Shown: positions 55,869-64,000 of the stretch, piece by piece
How positions within the stretch are numbered: position 1 is the first letter of the stretch
Layout: each line of letters opens with the position of its first letter
DNA from: a virus
Virus record (IMG/VR): IMGVR_UViG_3300024999_000048
Span: 32,001 to 96,000 of that record
Direction: 5' to 3' (one strand)
DNA: 64,000 bases
Made by a program: the position numbers and the translations under genes
The notes under the pieces: generated by a model
Database searches by the model: none
Told to the model about the DNA's origin: nothing
The model's input: the letters and a program-made list of their open reading frames with translations, nothing else

Positions 55869-56915
55869 ATTAATAGTACAATATTTTTACCTAAAACCAT
55901 TAAAGTAGGTTATCAAAATCGTTCTGATACATACACAGGCCAATTAGCATATGTTATTTATTATGACCAAAAGAATGTTCTTAGAAAAAGTAAATCATGG
56001 GAATCATGGCGTGACAAAAAGATTGAACCACAAGAATTTGAAAATGTCCCTACAAGTGGATTTGTACTTAATAAGAAAGTAGGAGACTACAATTCGGGAT
56101 GGGATCATCGAAAATCATATTGTAGAGTATTTGACCCTCGTAACTTTGAGATTGAAGTGTCTATTGAAAACCTTCTCTACATTCTTGAAAATGCTAGTTC
56201 TATCAAAGGTAAAGGATTAGAAGGAGAATTCGTTTACGGTTGGAATAATAAAGATATCATTTTAATTCCTGTTGATTCTCCTGATTATAAAGAGTTATCA
56301 GAATTAAACAACCTAAGACACGAGAAGAAGAAATTTGATGGTAAGGATTTAATATTAGGTGCAACATATAAATCCAATTCTAATAATGAATTAATTTATT
56401 TGGGTAGATTTTATGAGAATAATGATGATAAAAAGGAAACTAAAACTTATTTTTTCTATGATAGAAACGCCAATTATAGAAAAATTGATTCAATAAAATC
56501 TTTAACGGGAAATATAATTGATATCATAGATGAAAATTGTGTAGAAGATTATTCTAATTTGATAGATGAATTATTAAAGAGCAGTAGTTATTCTGCTAGA
56601 GAGCCTAAGTATGATACTTATTTAGATTACACATTGGCAGAATTTAAAGAATCATTAAATAAAAATAATTATTGGCATACTAAATGCTATGTTCAAATTA
56701 ATAATAAATATACCAAATATTATATAGAAAGGTATAGATCATATTCTTATTATAGTAATAGAGACAATGGTTATAATGTTTACACTACAGACAGAGGACA
56801 TAAAGATGAAACATTAATAAGAGAAGCGTCTCCTGAAAGAATATTTAATGAAATAAACCCTAAATATTTAGTAACATACAATTCAAATAAAGAATTAATA
56901 AAGGAGTGGAAATAA
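55869..56915 (+). CDS. large-phage hypothetical protein (probable ATT start)
   Basis: IKVGYQNRSDTYTGQLAYVIYYD...RVFDPRNFEIEV; AAGGAGG 8 nt before ATT at 55869. Confidence 0.6.
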   Translation: MNSTIFLPKTIKVGYQNRSDTYTGQLAYVIYYDQKNVLRKSKSWESWRDKKIEPQEFENVPTSGFVLNKKVGDYNSGWDHRKSYCRVFDPRNFEIEVSIENLLYILENASSIKGKGLEGEFVYGWNNKDIILIPVDSPDYKELSELNNLRHEKKKFDGKDLILGATYKSNSNNELIYLGRFYENNDDKKETKTYFFYDRNANYRKIDSIKSLTGNIIDIIDENCVEDYSNLIDELLKSSSYSAREPKYDTYLDYTLAEFKESLNKNNYWHTKCYVQINNKYTKYYIERYRSYSYYSNRDNGYNVYTTDRGHKDETLIREASPERIFNEINPKYLVTYNSNKELIKEWK

Positions 56916-57769
56916 AAATGGCAAATAAAACTAACGATCAAAAGATTATGGAATTAAAAAAGCAAATCGAGGAAAAGAAAATTAAGTTAGGAAAGTCTCA
57001 AAAGTTCACACCAATTACTAATTGTTCAATTGAACTAGACGGTGTAAGAGTTAATATTCAAGTTCTTAATAAAGAGCAATTAACTTATCTATTAGTTAAA
57101 CTTAATTCATATGCGAAGTCTGCAAAAGAATTGGAAATTGATTTTGTTATATCTGGATATCATGTTGTGGATTGGATTACTGATATTAAATCTAAATTAG
57201 ATTTTGTAAGTCGCAAAGAAGAAGAGAATAAACTAAAAGTGATGGAATCTAAATTGCATCAATTGCTTTCTAATGAGAAGAAAGTTGAACTTGAGATTGA
57301 TGAGATTATGAAGAGTTTGTAGTAAGTCGAGAAGTGAAAGTGCCTTGTAGCAATGGTTACAAGGCATGACATTTCCCTTAAAGTGAATATTTGCACGGAT
57401 TAGAGAGGAGATAAATTATGAAAATTGGAGATAAGGTAGAAATAATTAATATTGAAGGTATGTGGGATAAAGAAATATATTATCATGGTTGGGGATTGAC
57501 GGATAAAGAAACTCTAAAAGATTATAATGTTGAAGTGCCTGAATTTAATAATATTGAATATTTTGAAAATGGAGACATCGCTATAATTATTCCTTCTGGT
57601 TCAGAGATTATTGAAGATAGTTATATGTTAGAGATTGAATTGACAGATAATAATGGAAATGATTTTAAATGCCATTCTCAAACTTATTCTTTAGATGAAT
57701 TAAAGTCTTTTTGTGAGATCAATTAAAAAATCTGTTTTAATGGAGAAATAAAAGAAAGAGGTATTAAAT

Positions 57770-58100
57770 ATGATTCATAAAATTGGTGAAGAAATTCGTG
57801 TTGTTAGAGATTATGAAATTGAAACAATTTTAAGTGAAAATAAATTACAAGTTAAAGAAGGCGACAAAGGTTTTATAGATAGTAGTGGTAGCATTCACTA
57901 TACTTCTAGTCAAGCGAGAGGTAAAATTCATTGTTTAAACGAACCTTGAGGTTGAAGGATATGACTATGAAAATATTGCTAAAATGTTGTGGAATAGGTT
58001 GAAAATACAGTTTGAAATTGAAGAGTTTCTTGGAGATTATGATGTTAGTGAAAAAGATGTTCTTGAAGAACTAGAAGAAGTTTTAAGTGATATTTTGTAA
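57770..58100 (+). pseudogene. frameshifted hypothetical gene
   Basis: MIHKIGEE...HCLNEP* continues in the +1 frame as LEVEGYDYENIAKML...LSDIL*; one extra C near 57944 explains it. Confidence 0.6.
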
Positions 58101-60014
58101 GAAAGAGGGATGAATTAACAATGAAAAGATTTAAAACAAAAGTAACCAGAATCGATGAATACATAATTGAGATTGATGAGAATGTAATTGACGAACAATG
58201 GATGGATGATTTTAGACATGTATTTTTCTCACTTTATGATCATTATGAACATGCCGAACATCTTGCACAAATTAGAGCTAGACTTGGAGAAGGTTTTATC
58301 GAAGGTTATGGCAATGTAAAAATTAATGGCAAAGTGCCTTGGTATGTTACTAAAACAGAAATAGAAAAGCGTTTGCCATGTGAGGATGCTTTTAATATTA
58401 TTATCAAAAGTGAAGATCAAGATTGTGAAGTTGAAGTGGAGGAGATTAAATAATGGAAAATTATTATGAAGTAACTAAACAATCACCATTACATAAAGAA
58501 TATATGGATTATATAGTAAGTGATAAAATAATGAGGGAAATTTCCCATGAGTTTTTATCTAACAATAATATTAACACAAAAGAATATGCTTCAACTAAAG
58601 ATACTTTTTATATTATTCCAAATGAAAAAGATATTGAGGACTTTGGTAAACTGCTTAATAAAGAATTAGAAAATGGTTTAAGAGCATTTAAAGCAAAATC
58701 TAAAATAGGTAAAGCATGGAAAGATACTCTTAAAGAGAAAGGAGTACAACCATTACATAAACCAATGTTAATGCTATATTTTAATGTTTATGGTGAAACA
58801 CAAAGTAGGTTATTTGCCATTGAAGATAAGATATATTGTTCTTTTAAGAGTGAGCATAATTTTGAAAATCCTGAAGGATTTATTGAATTAAAAGCAAGTG
58901 AATTTTATAAAATCGTAGAAGATGAAAATGAAAGAAGGAAAACAAAGCATGAAAATAACTAAATATAATACTAAAGGTGCTGTATGGTATAAACATAAAG
59001 AGTTAGATAAAGAAGGCAAAATGATTTCTATATCTAACACAGGAAGAAAAGAACCTGATTATTTTAAAACAATCAGAAGAGAATTTAGTGATTTAGATCC
59101 ATATAGGAGTGAACCAGAAGAAGTTGAAGATTTCATTTATTATCTCAATAAAGAAGTAGATTTAGAGGAAAATGCTTATGATTTTGATATGCCATTACCT
59201 GACAGTACAAAAGAATATTTTTTAATCTTTAATGATAAGATTTGGCTTTACATAGTTATATCTGATGAATATACGGGAAGTGGAGAATCTTCAACTTATG
59301 CTCATATTAATAGTATTTTAGTTCCAGAAGGTACAGACATTGAAAAGGTCAGAGAAATTAAGGATTGGTTAATTAAGGGTGGATTTAAGTTATTGGAGTA
59401 GGAATTTCTTGAAAAATACAAAGTAAAATATAATATTGTGTTTTCTGAAAGTGTTGCTACAGTAGGCTTTTAGAAAACACAATATGGCATAAGACTAATC
59501 ATTTAAAGGATAAAGAAAGGTGATGTAGATATGACTTTAGAAGATGCTATTATTCATGCAGAGGAAACAGCTAAAGAAAACCTTTGTAATGCATGTGGAG
59601 ATAATCATAGGCAATTAGCTGAGTGGTTAAAGGAATTAAAAGAATACAAATTTCATTTTGGAAACGACATGGCGAAAAAGAAATTAACAAATTGCGGTTA
59701 TTGGGATGGATTAAAATCAAGAAAAGATCATAATGCATCTATAAATATTATGGACGATATGATAAAAGAATAGGGTGTTAAAATTAACCTTTCATTCGGT
59801 TAGAGAAAGGAGTTAAGAAAATGATTTGTAAATCATGCAGCGGTAAATCTGTAGCAAGAGGAATAAAATTTATTAATTGTTTTAGATGTGGTAAAAAGAA
59901 AGTAGTTAATTGTCTTTATCAAAATTACTGCGAAGACTGTTCAAACGAATTACAAAAATGCCAACGCTGCGGTGAAAAGATAATCGCAGAAACATCAAAG
60001 GAGGAATTAAAGGA

Positions 60015-60545
60015 TTGTTAGATATAGCTAATAAATATGAAGAAAAACTACAATTACTATTTGCTAATATTACATTTGATGATAAATACAAATTCTTATC
60101 TGGCTCATCTTACCGAGATAAATATAAAACAACTGATAGTACATGGTCAAAGCATGAATTTGTAAGTATACATAAGGAAGAGATTATTGGGTATTTAAGT
60201 TATGCAATTGACAGAGATTCTAATACTGCATGGGGAATGCAAATAGTCAACTTCAAAAAACCAAATATAATATTTGCAAAAGATTTAAAGCAATTCTTAA
60301 CAGATATTTTTGAGAAGTTTAAATTTAGAAAATTAAAATTTGCTGTATATGTGGGTAATCCAATTGAGAAGTCCTATGATAAAATGTGTAAAAAATATGG
60401 TGGGAGGATTGTAGGGACTTATATAGAAAACGATAAATTAATAGATGGCAATTATTATGATTGTAAAATGTATGAGATTATGAGGACTAGTTATCTAAGT
60501 GTTAAAAACAATGACGAAGAGGATTCATGGGATAATATCTTTTAA
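60015..60545 (+). CDS. GNAT/RimJ-RimL-like acetyltransferase fold
   Basis: IIGY, FEKFKFRKLKFAV, GRIVG, LIDGNYYDCKMYEI resemble the RimJ/RimL C-terminus. Confidence 0.55.
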   Translation: MLDIANKYEEKLQLLFANITFDDKYKFLSGSSYRDKYKTTDSTWSKHEFVSIHKEEIIGYLSYAIDRDSNTAWGMQIVNFKKPNIIFAKDLKQFLTDIFEKFKFRKLKFAVYVGNPIEKSYDKMCKKYGGRIVGTYIENDKLIDGNYYDCKMYEIMRTSYLSVKNNDEEDSWDNIF

Positions 60546-61078
60546 AATACAAAGGAAATCAAAAACTGATTTGCTAGGAAAGAAGTGATAAAATAATGCC
60601 ATATGATTGTTCAATTACAAAAAGAAAAGGTTGTAATTATTGTATAAGAGGTAAGGAATTATCAGAAAATAATAACTTATCTTTTTGGATTAATGATAAT
60701 GATTGTAAAGGAAATGCAAGAATTAAAATCAGAACTGTAGCAGGAGTGAATTCTATGAATGAGCATATCAATATTAATTATTGCCCTATTTGTGGTAAAG
60801 AATTAACTTAAAAGAGGAGTTTGATTCTATGTTTAAAATAATATGTAGTACATGTAGAAATGAAGTAAATCTAATTAGGCCAAAAGATAAAGAAGAGCAT
60901 TCATATAATGAAAGTGAAGGTTGGTATGTCACAGAAGATAACTTATGAAGTTTTGATATTCTTGGCGAACATGATCAAATTTGGATAACTTGTAATGGTT
61001 GTGATGCAAAGGTTTGGATGTTTACATAATCAGCTCAAAACTCATGATTGATGTTATTAAAGAAAGGAATGATGTACA

Positions 61079-61834
61079 ATTTTAAAATTTAACGAAATAC
61101 ATAATCAGGATTGTATTAATTATATGAAATCATTACCAAATGATTGTGTTAATTTAATAATAGCAGATCCTCCCTATTTTGAAGTTGTAAAACAGAAGTG
61201 GGATAATCAATGGAAAACTGAACAGGATTATCTTGATTGGACATATAATTATCTTAAAGAATGCAATCGTATTTTAAAATCTAATGGCAGTATATATATT
61301 TGGGGATTATTTCCTACCTTTCATTCAGTGGTTCATTTAGCAAAAACATTATTTACACCATTACAAGAAAACATATGGTATAAACCAAATGGCAACCCGA
61401 TAGGAGGTAAGAATAAATTTAGACAACTTTATGAAAATTGTGCCTCTTTTGTGAAAGATAAAAAGAATTATACGTTTAATTCTGATGATGTTCGTGAACC
61501 GTATGTAGATAGTTATGAAAAAGTATTGAAGAAAAGAAACAAAAAGGATATAGAAAGAGGTTATACTCCTGATCCAAGAGGTAAACTAAGAAGCAATGTA
61601 TGGATTTATGGCAATCAAAATAAACAAGGTCATTTTACTCCAAAACATTCTGATGTTTGTGATAATATTATTAAAGTTGCAAGTAATGAAAAGGATTTAG
61701 TTTATATACCATTTGCAGGCAGTGGTTCAGAAATTTTATCATGCATAAATAATAATAGGGATTATATAGCGACTGAAATAGATAAATCATACATAAATGA
61801 CATTATATTACCAAGAATAAATAATTTTGTATAA
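61079..61834 (+). CDS. N4/N6 DNA methyltransferase, beta class (probable ATT start 61079)
   Basis: IIADPPY (motif IV), HFTPK, PFAGSGS (motif I); upstream in-frame ILKFNEIHNQDCINYM supplies the usual N..H..DC N-terminus. Confidence 0.9.
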   Translation: MLKFNEIHNQDCINYMKSLPNDCVNLIIADPPYFEVVKQKWDNQWKTEQDYLDWTYNYLKECNRILKSNGSIYIWGLFPTFHSVVHLAKTLFTPLQENIWYKPNGNPIGGKNKFRQLYENCASFVKDKKNYTFNSDDVREPYVDSYEKVLKKRNKKDIERGYTPDPRGKLRSNVWIYGNQNKQGHFTPKHSDVCDNIIKVASNEKDLVYIPFAGSGSEILSCINNNRDYIATEIDKSYINDIILPRINNFV

Positions 61835-62061
61835 CACATAAAAATACCGATTCTAGTTAATTTGAAAGGAGTAGATTAATAATGATTAGAAAGACTCCGT
61901 ATTATTGCGAAATATGCAAGAAGCATTTTGATAAACCAAACATTGTTAAAGAAAATCATTGTGAATATAACGTATGCCCTCACTGTAACAGTAAATGGAT
62001 TTCACGACCATGTTTTATTAATTCTCGATAACTCACTGTTTCTTAGAAAAGGATGTGATTA

Positions 62062-62271
62062 ATTATAATAAGAGGTAAAAGAAGATTAATAAATTGTTAT
62101 GAAGATTCATGTCGCGAAGACATAATATCAAGTATTAAAGCATCTATGTCATTTGAAGGTTTAGAACCTAGTGATTATGCTGTTAGTTTAATTGACCAAT
62201 ATGCAGATGGTAAAATTACAGTGGAAGAATTTATAAGTAAGATAAAAGAAAAACATAATATTGGCAATTAA
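62062..62271 (+). CDS. VbhA-family (Fic) antitoxin-like protein, ATT start (absent from ORF track)
   Basis: ...SIKASMSFEGLEPSDYAVSLIDQYADGKITVEEFISKIKEKH; (S/T)xxxE(G/N) inhibitory motif and Y..G.I....F pattern. Confidence 0.7.
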   Translation: MIIRGKRRLINCYEDSCREDIISSIKASMSFEGLEPSDYAVSLIDQYADGKITVEEFISKIKEKHNIGN

Positions 62272-63190
62272 AAATGCTAGTTTATAGGAGGATTTATATG
62301 GATTGGAGAGGCAGAAAATATTATGTCGCCAATTTTTCACCGGAATCTTATGACATGAGGATTAAAATACTTAAAAATATTAATGAAATTAAGTTGTACA
62401 ATCCAACAAAATATGATTTTAATATAAAACTTCCAGACGAGAAAGAACCAAGAGGGTATTATCATGTTCTAATTGGATGTAGAATTAATAAAAAAGATAT
62501 AGTGGAGTTTGAACTAAGGAAAGCCGAGAGAAGAGATGAAAATTCAAATTGGAAAGAGATTCAGAGAGATGTTAGTAAAAAATATTTTGATATATATATG
62601 GTCAAGAAATGCCATATAGAAAATGTGACTTAAACCCAAGCAAAAGATGCAATCATTGTATGGGTTGTTAATATCCGTTAAATCACAAATTTTAAAGTAA
62701 AACATTAGGAGGTCAATATGAATAAATTTAAAAAGTGGTTACAAATAAAACTAAAAGATTTTCTAGATATAGGAAATATAGAATCAAATTTTAAAGACCA
62801 TGAGACATTTAATAGCATCAGATTTTCAGATATTGAAAGCGATATACATGATAAAACTTCATATCTAAGAAACCTTATAAATAATAATGTAAATGATATC
62901 TCACATTGCCAAGAATCAGTAAATATATTACATAATACAATTGAGAATATAGTGCATATTGGAACCGATGTATATAAATCAAATCAAGGTCATAGTTGGG
63001 CTATTGTATGTGTAGAAGGTAAGATGAATTTAGTTAAGTTTGTTGATTTAAACAGACAGGACGGTAGAGAAGTATTAGACTTTTTGAAGAGATATGAAGC
63101 AGGAAGACACTGTATAGACACTCCATATAAAGAAATGTTTTATGACGGGTTATTTAAATTCTAGTATTCGTTCTTAAATTAATAAATAAA

Positions 63191-63239
63191 TACTTGACTT
63201 AATAGCACAAAATATTATATACTGTTATTAAGTCAAGTA
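63191..63239 (+). promoter_or_regulatory. promoter embedded in a 17-bp inverted repeat
   Basis: TACTTGACTTAATAGCA-N15-TGTTATTAAGTCAAGTA (16/17); TTGACT 63194, TATACT 63218. Confidence 0.65.
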
Positions 63240-63285
63240 ATAAAACACACAAATAAATAAATAAAAAAGGAGATGTTTAAAAATA

Positions 63286-63588
63286 ATGAAAAAGTTAATT
63301 TCTATATTACTTTTATCAACTCTTGTATTGTCCGGTTGCGGAGCCAAATCTAATAAAATTCAACAACCTCAACAGCAAGTTCAAACCGATGATGAAGAAG
63401 AAATGTCTTGGTTTGAAGATGAAGTTTTGGATATGGACGACTGGGGAGAAACAAAACATAAGAAAAAAGTTGTGCCTAAAACTGGCGTAATTGCTCCTAG
63501 TGTAACAAAACCATCTACTAATGTTAAACCTTCTACTCCTTCCAAATTAAATACAAATACTAAATCTAGCATAACCAAAAAGAAATGA
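63286..63588 (+). CDS. putative lipoprotein with low-complexity tail
   Basis: MKKL + lipobox LSGC; Q-rich, acidic and KPST-repeat segments. Confidence 0.7.
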   Translation: MKKLISILLLSTLVLSGCGAKSNKIQQPQQQVQTDDEEEMSWFEDEVLDMDDWGETKHKKKVVPKTGVIAPSVTKPSTNVKPSTPSKLNTNTKSSITKKK

Positions 63589-63597
63589 GTTGATTAA

Positions 63598-64000
63598 ATG
63601 GCATACCCAGGACATGCGGATTCCAAAATGATGTTTTATCCTACACAAGAAATAGAAACTCATAGATTATTAGGATTGCTTGGTAGGATAGAAATTGACT
63701 GGTTAAAGAAAAATGCTCTTAAAGATTATTATACAAAAGAAGGTATTTACCAAGAGTTGGCAATGAAAAGTTTAGATAATCAAGTTCCTATAGAAATAAT
63801 TTATTATGACCACTGGTTAAACACAAATCAATATGACATGATAAAAAAGAATTGTGAGTTCAATATTGGATTTCATAATGAACATCCTGTGGTCATAGCT
63901 GATTTATGGGCTGGTGAGGGAAAGTGGTTAGACTGTTTCTCTTCAATTATAGATAGGAAAAATACAAGCAATAATTTTATTCAAATTGCTAATGAAATTG
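63598..64000 (+). CDS. partial SAM-dependent methyltransferase domain protein (DUF6094/DarB-like N-terminus), runs off window
   Basis: MAYPGH...FYPT...IADLWAGEG...ANEI; open frame to the window end. Confidence 0.6.
   Translation, partial: MAYPGHADSKMMFYPTQEIETHRLLGLLGRIEIDWLKKNALKDYYTKEGIYQELAMKSLDNQVPIEIIYYDHWLNTNQYDMIKKNCEFNIGFHNEHPVVIADLWAGEGKWLDCFSSIIDRKNTSNNFIQIANEI

Larger units (their letters stand above)
10089..62699. repeat. dispersed family of 26-bp dyad sites at gene junctions (TCCNNNNAAN-N6-NTTNNNNGGA)
   Basis: e.g. 11425 TCCGAGGAAA-CAAAAG-ATTTAATTGA; 53793 TCCGAGGAAA-TTTAAC-TTTTAATTGA; 22105 TCCTAGCAAA-CAAATA-TTTTAAAGGA; 23553 TACGTTAAAA-TGTGGG-TTTTAACGGA; 57374 TCCCTTAAAG-TGAATA-TTTGCACGGA. 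Confidence 0.6.
51819..63164 (+). other. second array of small co-oriented hypothetical ORFs (lipoproteins, Zn-finger micro-proteins)
   Basis: densely packed + strand ORFs with Shine-Dalgarno sequences. Confidence 0.8.

Noticed and set aside
2418-63578. Minus-strand ORFs in the provided track
   Set aside because: Nearly all are shadows of + strand genes, with no RBS and a composition typical of antisense AT-rich sequence
1-64000. tRNA genes, expected given the tRNA-repair enzymes
   Set aside because: No cloverleaf with T-loop GTTCRA and acceptor stem recognised; tRNAscan-SE would be needed to exclude them formally

Overview
Strongly AT-rich segment of a large temperate Firmicutes (probably clostridial) phage or prophage with SPbeta-like gene content; practically all real genes are on the + strand. 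Layout: (1) 0.7-2.7 kb, a palindrome-rich origin-like region and a replication-initiator-like gene. (2) 2.8-20.6 kb and 42-63 kb, dense arrays of small accessory ORFs (YopX, Rha-like, HD hydrolase, HNH, Zn-finger micro-proteins, GHKL ATPase, NAD-dependent DNA ligase, DNA methyltransferase). (3) 20.9-31.5 kb, an RNA-repair / NAD counter-defence block (metallophosphoesterase, NADAR, Thg1, RNA ligase, nucleotidyltransferase, Pnk-HD, RlmN-like radical SAM, Adps/Namat-like pair, Pth2). (4) 32.4-40.6 kb, a regulatory island with two MazF-family RNases and no MazE, a DUF5317 membrane protein, two paralogous kinase-less multi-TM proteins, an unannotated agrD-type peptide and agrB, directly upstream of YopQ-like and YopR/MrpR-like genes. 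Two top candidates for undescribed systems: an Agr-type peptide signalling module coupled to phage-encoded MazFs at the position where SPbeta phages carry arbitrium, and a dispersed family of 26-bp dyad sites (TCCNNNNAAN-N6-NTTNNNNGGA) at accessory-gene junctions that look like tyrosine-recombinase cassette boundaries. All family assignments are by-eye motif recognition; no database searches were run. No tRNA, rRNA, CRISPR array or IS element was recognised.
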